Part shown: one piece after another, positions 27,208 through 37,206 of the stretch | Layout: every line of letters begins with the position of its first letter | How positions within the stretch are numbered: position 1 is the first letter of the stretch | Source of the DNA: Gemmatimonadota bacterium | GTDB taxonomy: Bacteria; Gemmatimonadota; Gemmatimonadetes; Gemmatimonadales; Gemmatimonadaceae | Assembly: GCA_031372565.1 (NCBI GenBank) | Contig: JANMLN010000124.1 | Span: 15,684 to 79,683, forward strand | Direction: 5' to 3' | Length of the DNA: 64,000 nt | The notes under the pieces: model-generated | Database searches by the model: none | The model's input: only the letters and a program-made list of their open reading frames with translations | Told to the model about the DNA's origin: nothing | Translations under genes and position numbers: made by a program

Positions 27208-27596
27208 GGGCGTGGGCTCGGGACCTTCGAAAGATAGGCCCACGAGACCGAGTGGGACAGCGGGCGCGATCCCGAGGAACAAAGGTCTCGGCGGTGCGGA
27301 CAGCGGAGGCGGCACCCGCGGACTCGTCGTGAAGCCCCTACCGCGCAGCTTGCAGCGATGTAAGTGGACCGGTGTTCCTGCTGACTATCACGCTCATCCG
27401 ATCGGCGCGCATCGTCGTGTGCGCAGACCTAGCTGCTGGCCGTCTTGTATCTACCGTTTTCATGATTCTGCAGTAGTTCCGGTCAGGGCGCCAGCTCGAT
27501 GCAGTCTGGGTGGCAAACACCGTGCGTTAGCCGGAGCGGTGATGGTCCGCACCCGAGTCGACTGTATGCTCGGCGCTCCCCGGTCCCGGAGCGTGC

Positions 27597-28823
27597 ATGC
27601 CCGACGCGGCCCCGGCGGCGCGTGGCGTCTACAAACCCCGGCGCCCCAAGGCGTCGCCGCTCTTTCGGTTGGTGTCGGACCACCTGCATCGCCTGCAGAC
27701 GGTCTACGACGAGCGCTTCGCGCGCGAGTATGGCCCATGGCGCCCCGTCGTCGCGCAGGTCGCTGGCAAGTTCCTCGCCGGCGGCGTGCTCGAGCACGGG
27801 TTCGCGCGCATCCGCTGCGACGACTGTGCACACGAATACCTGCTCGCGTTCTCCTGCAAGTGTCGCTATTTCTGCCCGAGCTGTCACGCCAAGCGGCTCG
27901 CCATCTGGACGCGGTGGCTCGACACGACGCTCCTCACGCCCGTGCCGCACCGGCAGGTGGTGCTCACCATTCCCAAGCGCCTCCGGGCGTATTGTCTGTA
28001 CCGGCGACGCCTACTCGGCGAGATCGCCCGCGCCGCCGCCCGCACCGTCACCGCCGCCATTCGGACGCTGACCGGCGAGCGCGATCTCGCCGTGGGGATC
28101 GTCGCGTGCCTGCAGACGCACGGCTCCCGGGCGAACTGGCATCCGCACCTGCACCTCCTCGTCACCGACGGCGGCTTCCGGCCAGATGGCACCTTCGTGT
28201 CGTGGCCGGTGCACGATACTGCGCGTTTGACTGAGGCGTTTCGCCGCGCCGTGCTGCGGTTGTTCGTGCGGCTCGAGCTCTTCGATGAAGACCAGGCCGC
28301 GGGCATGCTGACGTGGCCGCATTCCGGGTTCCACGTGCACACCGCCGTGTGGGTCCCGGAGGACGATCGCGCGTTCGCCACCCGCCTCGCGCGCTACTGC
28401 GCCCGGAATCCCGTCGCGCTGGAGCGGCTGACCTACGACCGCGCCGCCAAGGCGGTGACGGACCGGTCGGACAAGTCCGAGGGCCCGACGGCGGGTACCG
28501 AAACCGCCGACCCGCTCGAGTTCCTGGCCCGGGTGCTGGTGCATATCCCCGACAAGGGCCACGTCACCACGCGGTACTATGGCTGGTATGCCAACCGCCC
28601 CCGTGGCATGCGGATCGCCGCGTGCATCACGCAGGCCTCGGTGATCGACCAGCTCCTCACACACCTCCGCACCCGCGCGGCGCACGCGGCCCACACCGGC
28701 GCACGGAGCCCGCCATCGACGCGGACCCCCGCGAGCCGAGGGGCATCACGCGCCTCACGCACGAGAGTGCCGACGCGCCGCTGTCGGCGGCGGTCGTGGA
28801 GGGGCGCGAGCAGTCCCTCGTGA
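27597..28823 (+). mobile_element. IS91/ISCR-type HUH rolling-circle transposase, apparently damaged
   Basis: Zn-binding CDDC...SCKCRYFCPSC, HRQVVLTIP, HUH motif WHPHLH, SGFHVH, RLARY, RYYGWYAN; first Cys replaced (LAGG) and C-terminal segment apparently missing. Confidence 0.9.
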
Positions 28824-28931
28824 TCGCACGATGGCGGGCGGCTGAACGACAACGGCCCGGCGCCCCACCCGCGGGGCACCCGGCCGTCTCGATGTGCGCC
28901 TCGGGGGGAGGCGCTGACCAGCCTGCGCGCG

Positions 28932-30938
28932 CTACTTCTTCGCCGCGAGCTGCTTGAGCGACGCCGACAGCATGCCGACCTTGCCCTTGTCACTTGACGC
29001 CGCCGCATCCTTCTCGACGGCCGAGGCGAGTGTGACGAGCGCGCGGGCGCGCGCCGCGCCGGTGGCCTTCTCCGCCTTGTCGAGCGCAGTGCGCACCGCC
29101 GTCACGCGTGCCTCAGCCAGTCCGCTCGAGCGCTCGAGCTGGTCCACGTACGCGCGCGAGAGCGCAAAGCTCGCGGGCCACACCATGCTCGGCTGCCCCT
29201 GTGCGTTGAGGTAGTCATACTTGACCGTCTTGGCCGCGTCGATCTCGTTCTGCGAGATGAAGCCGCTCGGCTCCAGCTCGAAGATGTCGAGGCCGCGCAT
29301 GATCTCGGAGCTCACGATCAACCCGTTGTACCAGTACACCGACCAGGAACCGCCGAGCGCGATGGTGGCCGTCGCGGGGCCACGGTCGTGGAAGGCGATC
29401 TCGGTCGGCTTCCTGGGATCGGTGAACTCGAACACCGAGATGCCGCCCTGGTACCACGCCTGCACCATGATGTCGCGCCCCGGAATGGGGATCAGCGAGC
29501 CATTGTGCGCCACGCAATTCTCGGCGCTGGTCTGCGGTGCGGGGAGCTTGTAGTAGCTCTGGAATTCCATCTTCCCGTTTACCAGCGTGAAGATCGCGTT
29601 CGCGCCCCACGCCCGCGGGTCCGACGCGCGGCACTTGGGCGCCATGCCGCCGCCCCACTCGTCGGTGAAGATCACCTTCGAGCCGTCGTTGTTGAACGTG
29701 GCCGAGTGCCAGTACGAGAAGTTCGAGTCCGACACGGCGCCAATGCGCATCGGGTTGGTCGGGTTCTTGATGTCGAGCAGCAGGCCGTACCCCTCGCACG
29801 CGCCGCCGGCGTAGCCGATCCCGGGGTAGAGGGTGATGTCATGACACTGGGTCGGGCCCGCGCGCGGGCCGCTGCGGTCGTTGTCCTCGCCGAGCAACCG
29901 AGCAACGATCACCGGCATCACCTCGCGGAGCTTGGCGCTGTCGGCGCCTGTGGGCGCGCCGGCGCCCCCACGCACCTTGATCAGCGAGTCGAGCTGGGTG
30001 CGCACAAAGTTCGGACCGACAGGCTGCTCCTTGCCCTGGATCATCGCCGTGAAGCCGCCGGCCGCCTTGGCCTTCTCCACCGCCGCCATGCGCATGGAGT
30101 CCTGCTTGGCCGCCGCGGCAATATCCTCGGGCGCGAGTCCGTGCGTCGGTGGCTCCGCCAGGTCGTTGAAGATCCGCGGCGAGCTCACGATGGCCGCCTT
30201 CGACGGGTCCTTGAGCGGCACCTTGATCACTTCGATGCGGAAGAGTGCCGAGTTCGGGTCCTTCTTGGGATCCTTGTCCACACATCCCGGCATCTCGGCG
30301 TCGGGGCGCACAGGCGCCGAGCCCGAGATGTACACGTAGATGTTCTCGGGATCCTTGGGGTCCACGAGCACCGAGTGCGTATGCGAGCCGCGGCACGTCT
30401 GCACCGCCGCGAGCGACTTCGGGTTGTTCAGGTCGGTGACGTCGAAGATGCGCAGGCCGCGGAGACGATCCGTCGACGCCGCGCCCTTGACGCCACCGCC
30501 GGCACAGTCGAGCCGCCCCTCGAGCCCCTCGCCCGAGACGAACAGGAGATTCTTGTACACCGACACGTCGCTCTGCGAGCCTGGGCAGAAGTAGTCCTTG
30601 AGCAGCGTAACGCTCGACGGGTTACTGATGTCCCACACCTGCCACCCGTTGAAGCTTCCCTGAAAGACGCGATTGCCGTTGAACGCCAGGTCGGAGTTGA
30701 TGCCGTTCATGAACTTCGGGCTCGGCTTGGTGGCCGAGATGAGCTTCAGGTTCCAGATCGCCTCGGCGGCGTCGAACATGCCGGGCTTGAGCCCCACGCG
30801 AGGGTCAGGGGAGGGCGCCATCTGGCCTACCGTCTTGGCGACGGTGGTCTGGGCGGCAAGCGCGGCGGGGGCCGCGACGAGCGCAAACGCGGCGAGGCTG
30901 GCGCCCGCGCGTCGCGTGATCAAATCCAATACCAGCAT
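28932..30938 (-). CDS. Secreted LVIVD-repeat protein
   Basis: Signal peptide; NSDLAF, CPGSQSDVS, CRGSHTH, QCHDI, YWHSATF, DEWGGG, ENCVAHN. Confidence 0.8.
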   Translation of the reverse strand: MLVLDLITRRAGASLAAFALVAAPAALAAQTTVAKTVGQMAPSPDPRVGLKPGMFDAAEAIWNLKLISATKPSPKFMNGINSDLAFNGNRVFQGSFNGWQVWDISNPSSVTLLKDYFCPGSQSDVSVYKNLLFVSGEGLEGRLDCAGGGVKGAASTDRLRGLRIFDVTDLNNPKSLAAVQTCRGSHTHSVLVDPKDPENIYVYISGSAPVRPDAEMPGCVDKDPKKDPNSALFRIEVIKVPLKDPSKAAIVSSPRIFNDLAEPPTHGLAPEDIAAAAKQDSMRMAAVEKAKAAGGFTAMIQGKEQPVGPNFVRTQLDSLIKVRGGAGAPTGADSAKLREVMPVIVARLLGEDNDRSGPRAGPTQCHDITLYPGIGYAGGACEGYGLLLDIKNPTNPMRIGAVSDSNFSYWHSATFNNDGSKVIFTDEWGGGMAPKCRASDPRAWGANAIFTLVNGKMEFQSYYKLPAPQTSAENCVAHNGSLIPIPGRDIMVQAWYQGGISVFEFTDPRKPTEIAFHDRGPATATIALGGSWSVYWYNGLIVSSEIMRGLDIFELEPSGFISQNEIDAAKTVKYDYLNAQGQPSMVWPASFALSRAYVDQLERSSGLAEARVTAVRTALDKAEKATGAARARALVTLASAVEKDAAASSDKGKVGMLSASLKQLAAKK

Positions 30939-30994
30939 GTGATGACGGGGGTTGGGGGAAAGGGTCGTGCGTACGGCAGGGGCAGCGGCACCCC

Positions 30995-31693
30995 TCAGGG
31001 GCCGCGCTTCTCGATCAGGACGTCGGCCAACAGGAGCCGCATCCGTTCGATCTCGGTGGTCTGGTCCACGTTCACGTCGGCGGCAAACTTGAAGACGGTA
31101 CGATCCTGCGCGGCCCCGTCGTGCGTGATCAACTCCTTCACCATCACGGTTGCCCCCTGATGGTGCTGGATCATGCCGGCCAGGAAGAGGCGGTCGAACT
31201 CCACGCCGCGTGCCGCGTCGAGTCGCTGCAGCTGCTCGGGGGAGAGCATCCCCGGCATCATCGTCGCGCCGTGCGACATCCCGGGCATGTCATGCATCGC
31301 GTGCCCGCCCGTGCCGCTGGCGTCGTTCACGTCGGGCACGGGCAGCCCGCGCTCCTTGAGCCATTGCGTCATGAGCGCGATGTCGTCCTGCTGCGCATTG
31401 ATGATGCGCGCGGCCAGACGCTGGACGGCGTCACTGGCGTCGTGCGTGGGCGCCATGCGCGACATCACCAGCGCCTGCGCGTGATGGTGCATCATCCCCG
31501 CCATGAAGGCGGCGTCGGCCGGGTTCGGCTTGGGGGCCGCGGGGCGGCGGCGCGCGGCCGGTGTCGGCCGCGGGGCGGCCGGAGCGGGCTTCGGTGCGGC
31601 CTGCCTCGAGGGTGCTGGCTGGGCCGCCACCGGATCGGATTCGAGCAGGAGGGCGCCCAGGAGCGTCAGGGCAGCGAGGCACAAGGAGCGCAC
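30995..31693 (-). CDS. DUF305 ferritin-like domain protein
   Basis: AD.AFMAGMMHHHAQA, FDRLFLAGMIQHHQGA, QTTEI.RM; signal peptide; start uncertain. Confidence 0.88.
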   Translation of the reverse strand: MRSLCLAALTLLGALLLESDPVAAQPAPSRQAAPKPAPAAPRPTPAARRRPAAPKPNPADAAFMAGMMHHHAQALVMSRMAPTHDASDAVQRLAARIINAQQDDIALMTQWLKERGLPVPDVNDASGTGGHAMHDMPGMSHGATMMPGMLSPEQLQRLDAARGVEFDRLFLAGMIQHHQGATVMVKELITHDGAAQDRTVFKFAADVNVDQTTEIERMRLLLADVLIEKRGP

Positions 31694-31825
31694 GTGTATC
31701 AGGAGCAGGTAGTCCGGAAACGGGATTCTTAATCGGTCGCCCGAAAATGCTTGGCAGTCCGCGTCGCGAATACTACAGGTCGACCAACGCAACACGAAAC
31801 GGCCGCGGCCGCGGGAACACGTCCC

Positions 31826-31966
31826 TTGGACACGACCGCTTCGCACATGGTTGGGAGTGCACGCACGCTTACGTGCTGGCCTTCTCCCGCAAGTGCCGCT
31901 ACGTCTGCCCCAGTTCTCCTGCCCAAGCGCCTCGCGATCTGGACCCAGTGGCTCGACGCCACACGC
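31826..31966 (+). pseudogene. Fragment of a second IS91/ISCR-type transposase (Zn-binding region)
   Basis: Reads CTHAYVLAFSRKCRYVCPS, then after a frameshift KRLAIWTQWLD; homologous to CAHEYLLAFSCKCRYFCPS..KRLAIWTRWLD at about 27825-27925. Confidence 0.85.
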
Positions 31967-31976
31967 CGCGCGTTTG

Positions 31977-32345
31977 CTAGCGGTGCTGGTCGAAGAGCAG
32001 CGGGTTCCCGTCCGGATCCGTCACCATGAAGAACGCGGGCCCCGTCGTGCCCGGATCCGCTTCCGGAGCGACGGCGAGCCCCTTGGCCTTGAGCGCCTGC
32101 TGCAGCTCGCGGACATCCGTGAACTCGGCCAGCGGCGCTGCGTTCTGGTCCCAGCCCGGATTGAACGTGAGGGTGTTGGTGGGAATCATCCCCTGAAAGA
32201 GGCCGATGAGGTGGTCGCCATTCTTCATGATCTGCCAGTTCTTGCCGTTGCCGCCGAACACAGCGAAGCCGAGGTGCTCGTAAAACGCGCGTGAGGCAGC
32301 GAGGTCCTTGACGTTGAGGCTGACCGAGAACGCACCGAGTTGCAT
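31977..32345 (-). CDS. VOC/glyoxalase family protein
   Basis: MQLGAFSVSLNVKDL..SRAFYE.LGF, DPDGNPLLFDQH. Confidence 0.9.
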   Translation of the reverse strand: MQLGAFSVSLNVKDLAASRAFYEHLGFAVFGGNGKNWQIMKNGDHLIGLFQGMIPTNTLTFNPGWDQNAAPLAEFTDVRELQQALKAKGLAVAPEADPGTTGPAFFMVTDPDGNPLLFDQHR

Positions 32346-32463
32346 GGGGGCTCCTTGCGGGGGTGGGAGGACTACTTCGCGGCGCGGAGGTCGCGCGCGA
32401 CGAAGACACGCGAGCCGGCCTCGGAGGTGAACGCCGTGGGGCGTGCGCAGGCGACGGTCCACG

Positions 32464-33024
32464 TCATCGCGCAGCGGCGGCGGCGGGGCCGGCTTCGATC
32501 TTGGCCTTGAGGCGCGCGAGGTCCTCGGTCTCCTTCTTCTGCGCCTCGGGCGTGACGAGGGGCTCCAGCAATCGCCAGAACAACGACGCGTAGGTGAAGC
32601 GCGACGCGCTGACGAGGCGCGTGCCGCCGCCGGGCAACGGGCGAAAGGTCGCGGTGCTGCGTCCGTCGAACATCGCGGGCATGCCGATGGTGATCGTCAT
32701 GCTTGAGTCATCCTCGGCGGCCAAGGTGCGCACGAACGAGGAGCGCTTGCCGCCGTCGCGCGGGTCCTGCATGAACCACTCCTGCTGCGAGCCCGGGCCG
32801 GATGGCGTCGCGCCCACCGGCTTGACCTCCACCAGCCAGGCAACCCACTGCGTGAGCTTGTCGGGCTCCATGAACCAGCGGCGCACCTCGGCCGGAGGTC
32901 GCGCGATGTCGATGGTGGTATCCATGCGCCCCGCGTTCGCACGCTGGCTCATGGCGAAGAGCGCGAGGAGGCCGGCGCCGATGAGGGACACGAGCCCGCC
33001 GCCGATGATCTTCACCCACCTCAT
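32464..33024 (-). CDS. SRPBCC family protein with N-terminal TM
   Basis: IDIARPPAEV..W..EP..L.QW, C-terminal DLARLKAKIE. Confidence 0.8.
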   Translation of the reverse strand: MRWVKIIGGGLVSLIGAGLLALFAMSQRANAGRMDTTIDIARPPAEVRRWFMEPDKLTQWVAWLVEVKPVGATPSGPGSQQEWFMQDPRDGGKRSSFVRTLAAEDDSSMTITIGMPAMFDGRSTATFRPLPGGGTRLVSASRFTYASLFWRLLEPLVTPEAQKKETEDLARLKAKIEAGPAAAAAR

Positions 33025-33485
33025 GCGAGGGGCTCCGGCGTTGACCCCTGCTGCGAACGCGATGCGCTCCCGAGGTGCCAGCCGAGCGTCGCGATGGCGG
33101 CGGCGATGACGGAGCTGGCGAGCATCCACGTGAGGTGCGGTGGGTGATCGGCGCGAAGCGGCACGTGCGCGAGGATCGTGCGCCAGAGTGACCATGCGGC
33201 CAGGTGCGCGAACAGCCCGAAGGTCGCACCGACCGCGATCGGCGCCCGATGGCGCGTGACGACGCGCACGCCGAGCGCGCCCCAGCAGCGGAGCAGCGCG
33301 TCGAGTGCATCGCGCCAGTGATGCTGCGAGGCACCTGCGCTCCAGATCTCGACGAGGTCACCGGCGATCGCCTCGCCGTAGGGCGCGCTCACGAGCCGGA
33401 CCAGCACGCGGAGCAGTCGCGCGTCGGTCGCACTCAGGCCCGGCGGAAGTGGCTCATGCGGTCCCAAGCGCCGCCTCCAGTCCAT
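33021..33485 (-). CDS. Hypothetical small membrane protein (PadR partner)
   Basis: EAIAGDL.E motif and two TM; overlaps the PadR stop; start uncertain. Confidence 0.5.
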   Translation of the reverse strand: MDWRRRLGPHEPLPPGLSATDARLLRVLVRLVSAPYGEAIAGDLVEIWSAGASQHHWRDALDALLRCWGALGVRVVTRHRAPIAVGATFGLFAHLAAWSLWRTILAHVPLRADHPPHLTWMLASSVIAAAIATLGWHLGSASRSQQGSTPEPLA

Positions 33486-33783
33486 CCATCATGCGCTGCA
33501 CCGCGTCGTGCGAGCGCGCGATGGCTTGCTTGCCGGAGGCCGTGAGCCGGTAGCAGCGTCGCGAGCGGCCACCGCGTTCGCCCGTGGGGGCGGAGTCGGA
33601 GGCCGTGAGCAGCCCCTTGTCCTCGAGGCGCACGAGCGTGGCGTAGACCGCGCCCAACGTCACCGCGCGCGGCGTGCGCGTGGTGATCTCCCGCTGGATC
33701 GTGACGCCGTAGGCGTCGGGCGCGAGGCGGGCGACGGCGAGGGCGACGAGCATCTCGAACTCGCCCAGGTAGGAACTCGACAT
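33454..33783 (-). CDS. PadR family transcriptional regulator
   Basis: LGEFEMLV.LAV, AYGVTI, GAVYATL.RLE.KG, ERGGRSRR.YRLT..G. Confidence 0.92.
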   Translation of the reverse strand: MSSSYLGEFEMLVALAVARLAPDAYGVTIQREITTRTPRAVTLGAVYATLVRLEDKGLLTASDSAPTGERGGRSRRCYRLTASGKQAIARSHDAVQRMMDGLEAALGTA

Positions 33784-33803
33784 AGTCCTACAATGTAGAA
33801 CTA
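33783..33803. promoter_or_regulatory. Putative PadR operator at the padR start
   Basis: TAGTCCTACA-A-TGTAGAACTA, 9/10 inverted repeat, AT-rich, abutting the ATG. Confidence 0.6.
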
Positions 33804-33872
33804 ATGGACGACGCGCAAGGGGCCACCCCGCGCGGGGTGGCCCGGTCGCGTGTGAGAGTGGAGGGGGAGCCA

Positions 33873-33904
33873 ATACTCCAGCCACCCCGATCGCATTTCC
33901 TATC
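33873..33904 (+). mobile_element. Orphan oriIS-like end of an IS91/ISCR-type element
   Basis: ATACTCCAGCCACCCCGATCGCATTTCCTATC; TTCCTAT core as in IS91/ISCR origins; 24/32 identical to the reconstructed site at 39219-39247+40666-40668. Confidence 0.6.
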
Positions 33905-34023
33905 GGGACCACCCGCGCGAGCGCCCCGCCCGGAGTGTCCGGAACCGCGCACACATCCGCTCTGGCCTTTACTCGGGCACAGAGACAGAATTGCGGATTC
34001 GACGCTCCCTCACTCCCGCTCAC

Positions 34024-36786
34024 GTGTTCACCACCGAGCAGCTCAACACCGCCCTCGCCGGTCGATACGTCATTGAACGACGCATCGGCGAGGGCGGCAT
34101 GGCCATCGTCTACCTCGCGCGCGACCTGAAGCACGATCGCCGGGTCGCACTCAAGGTGCTGCGTCCTGACTTGGGCGCGATCGTCGGCGAGGAACGGTTC
34201 CTGGCCGAGATCCGTGTGACGGCCAATCTGCAGCATCCCAACCTGCTGCCGTTGTTCGATTCGGGCGCCGCGGATGGTCTGCTCTTCTACGTCATGCCGT
34301 ACGTGGAAGGCGAGTCGCTGCGCGCGCGTATCGACCGCGAGAAGCAGCTGCCGGTGGACGAGGCCGTACGCATCACGGTCGCGATCGCGGGCGCGCTCGA
34401 GACGGCGCACCAGCAGGGGATCATCCATCGGGATCTCAAGCCCGAGAACATCCTCCTGCAGGCCGGACAGCCGGTGATCGCCGACTTCGGGATCGCGCTC
34501 GCGGTGAGCAACGCCGGCGGCGCGCGCATCACGCAGACGGGCCTCTCGCTCGGCACGCCGATGTACATGAGTCCCGAGCAGGCCACGGGTGATCGCTCGA
34601 TCGACGGGCGTACCGATCTGTACTCGCTCGCGGCGATGACGTACGAGATGCTCACCGGCGAGGCGCCGCACACCGGCACGACGTCGCAGGCGATCATCGC
34701 GAAGCTGATGACCGAGAATCCGCGGCCGCTCACGACGCTCAGACGCAACGTGCCGCCGCACGTGAATGCGGCCGTGCTGCACGCGCTCGAGAAGGTGCCG
34801 GCCGACCGGTTCTCCACGCCGCGCGAGTTTGCGGCGGCGCTCACGACGCCTGGGGCGGTACTGGCCACCGGGACGGTGGGCGACGCGGTGCCGGTCGCCC
34901 AAAGGCGCGGCGCGAGCGCGGGCCGCCTGATCGTGGCGGGGCTGGCGGGCGCGGTGATCACCGGGGCGGCGGCCGCGGGGTGGATGGCGTACACGCGAGT
35001 GAGTCCGCCAGTGACGCGGGTCTTTCTCGATGTGCCGGAGAATGCGCGCGTGGCTGAGCGCTCGCGGTTCGCCCTGTCGGCTGATGGCTCCACCCTCGCG
35101 TACAACAGCGATGCCGACTCGACGGCGCCATACGCCCTGTGGGTGAAGGGGCGCTCGCAGCCCACGCCTCGGCAGTTGATTCCTCGTCCCGTGAACAACT
35201 ACGCGCTCTCCGCAGACGGCAGTTGGTTGGCGTACATCGAAGGGGGGCGGCTGTTCAAGATCTCGACCACCGGCGGCACGGGGATCCCGTTGGCCGACTC
35301 GGTCGGTGCCGTGCTGGGATGGACTGAGGCGGGCGAGATAGTCGTCGGCCGATTTGATGCGTCGCGCCGGCGGGGCGTGGTCTATCGCATCGCGGCGGAC
35401 GGTGGTGCGTCGAGCCAGCTGGTGGCCCTTCCGGACTCTCTCTTTCCGACCAACCCCGTGATACTGCCAGGGCAGAAGGGAGTGCTGTTCGCTGGCTGCC
35501 CCGCGCGCGCCTGTACGGCTGGCGGAGGCGACTTCTCGCTCTGGGTCATTTCCACCGCCACGGGGGAAGCGCGTACCCTGCTGCCCGGTGGTATCGCGGG
35601 GTGGTACCTCCCGACAGGCGATGTGCTCGCCATTCGGCGCGACGGGACGCTGTTGAGGCTTCCCTTCGATCTGGGCTCCCTGACCGTCCGCGGGAATCCG
35701 GTCCCGGTGCTTGATAGTGTCGGGGTCTTCGTCTCGCGTGGCGGCGCACCAGTCGCGCAGTTTGCCGTCTCGTCACAGGGCACGATGGTCGCCACCCTCG
35801 GTTCGGTGAGCGCCACCCGCACTGGCGGGGGACGGTACCGCATGCTGTGGGTGGATCGCACCGGCAAGGTGACGCCCATGGACTCCTCCTGGACCGTCTC
35901 CCTCACGGTCGCCACCGGCAACATCGGCTGGGCCATCTCACCCGATGGGCGACGGCTGGTGATCGGGGAGAACCGGCAAGGGCAAGACAACATCTGGATC
36001 AAGGAGCTCAAGCCGAATGGCAACGAGATGCGGCTCACAACCGACACGGCGTCGGAGTATCGCCCGCGCTGGAGCGCTGACGGCCGCACGGTGACGTACC
36101 AGCGGTCCACCGGATTGCAGGCGCTGTACCGACGGGCCGCCGACGGCACGGGAGAGGAGACCCTGATACTCCCTCCCAAGCGACTCGGCGTGGCGGAGCA
36201 CGCATTCTCGCCCGACGGCAAGTGGCTGGTGCATCGCAAGGGCGGCAACAACGACATCGTGGGCGGACGCGACATCTGGGCGCGCCGCACCGATGGCGAC
36301 ACCGTCGGGAAGCCGATCGTCGCCGATCCCAAGTTCGACGAGGCGGCGTTCTCGATCTCCCCTGACGGGCGGTGGATCGCCTTCGAGTCGAACGAGACCG
36401 GTGCACGCGAGGTGTACGTGCGTCCGTTCCCCGAGACCGACAGCGGCAAGTGGAAGGTCTCGAATGGCGGTGCACACGCCGCCCTGTGGGCGCGCAACGG
36501 GCGCGAACTCTACTTCGTCACCAGCGCACGCGACCTGATGGCGGTGCCGCTGCGCCCCACCGCCACCTCGCCCGGGCTCGGCACACCGGTCAAGCTCTTC
36601 CGCGTGCAGGACAACTGGGCGCTGCGCGACGACGAGAACTACACGCCGTTCGACGTGGCCCCGGACGGCCGCTTCCTCATGGCCGAGCAGGTGGGGAATC
36701 GCGAGCAGGTGGCGCCCAAGCGGCGCCCAGTGCTGTACGTCGAGAACTGGTTCGCGGAGCTCATGCGGTCAGGGAAGGAGCGATAG
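34024..36786 (+). CDS. Hanks-type Ser/Thr kinase with TM and TolB-like (PD40) beta-propellers
   Basis: GEGGMAIVY, VALKVL, HRDLKPEN, DFG, GTPMYMSPEQ; repeated SPDGRW-type motifs. Confidence 0.93.
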   Translation: MFTTEQLNTALAGRYVIERRIGEGGMAIVYLARDLKHDRRVALKVLRPDLGAIVGEERFLAEIRVTANLQHPNLLPLFDSGAADGLLFYVMPYVEGESLRARIDREKQLPVDEAVRITVAIAGALETAHQQGIIHRDLKPENILLQAGQPVIADFGIALAVSNAGGARITQTGLSLGTPMYMSPEQATGDRSIDGRTDLYSLAAMTYEMLTGEAPHTGTTSQAIIAKLMTENPRPLTTLRRNVPPHVNAAVLHALEKVPADRFSTPREFAAALTTPGAVLATGTVGDAVPVAQRRGASAGRLIVAGLAGAVITGAAAAGWMAYTRVSPPVTRVFLDVPENARVAERSRFALSADGSTLAYNSDADSTAPYALWVKGRSQPTPRQLIPRPVNNYALSADGSWLAYIEGGRLFKISTTGGTGIPLADSVGAVLGWTEAGEIVVGRFDASRRRGVVYRIAADGGASSQLVALPDSLFPTNPVILPGQKGVLFAGCPARACTAGGGDFSLWVISTATGEARTLLPGGIAGWYLPTGDVLAIRRDGTLLRLPFDLGSLTVRGNPVPVLDSVGVFVSRGGAPVAQFAVSSQGTMVATLGSVSATRTGGGRYRMLWVDRTGKVTPMDSSWTVSLTVATGNIGWAISPDGRRLVIGENRQGQDNIWIKELKPNGNEMRLTTDTASEYRPRWSADGRTVTYQRSTGLQALYRRAADGTGEETLILPPKRLGVAEHAFSPDGKWLVHRKGGNNDIVGGRDIWARRTDGDTVGKPIVADPKFDEAAFSISPDGRWIAFESNETGAREVYVRPFPETDSGKWKVSNGGAHAALWARNGRELYFVTSARDLMAVPLRPTATSPGLGTPVKLFRVQDNWALRDDENYTPFDVAPDGRFLMAEQVGNREQVAPKRRPVLYVENWFAELMRSGKER

Positions 36787-36791
36787 ACCCC

Positions 36792-36878
36792 GTGAGCATG
36801 CTCGAGCGACTCGCGGCGGCCCTCGCCGGACGGTACGCCGTCGAGCGCGAAATCGGGGCCGGCGGCATGGCCACCGTC
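36792..36878 (+). pseudogene. N-terminal stub of a second Ser/Thr kinase
   Basis: MLERLAAALAGRYAVEREIGAGGMATV, paralogous to the upstream kinase start, then abruptly unrelated. Confidence 0.8.
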
Positions 36879-36985
36879 ACGAGGCCGGGCTTGGTCGGAT
36901 GGCGATACTGCGCGTGGCTGCCGCGCGTCCGAGCGCGCAACCAGCCGTCATCGCGCAGGACGCGGAGCATATCGCGGATCTTCAC
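36870..36985 (-). pseudogene. hicA: Truncated HicA-family toxin (no hicB nearby)
   Basis: MKIRDMLRVLRDDGW...TRGSHAQYRHPTKPGLVTVA with the GSH motif; native C-terminus missing, frame runs on into antisense kinase sequence to 36761. Confidence 0.8.
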
Positions 36986-37206
36986 CTGCGGAGTTGCACG
37001 AGTCCGCGTGAGGAAGGCAAGCGCGTAACGTGCGCAGTCAGGCGCGTGCGAACAGCGACCGTTCGTCGCCGCCCTCCGGGCGCACGGCCTACTCATCCTT
37101 TCAGGCGATGGTAGTCCGAAGGAGGGATGTGCAGCATGTGATGTGGGCGCCGAGGCCACGGCCGAGGGACTTTGGGCAACGCGCCAGACATCGAGGATCC
37201 ATTCAC

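Noticed and set aside
33784..34902. N-terminal extension making PadR 482 aa
   Set aside because: Antisense to the kinase; the PadR domain starts at ATG 33783
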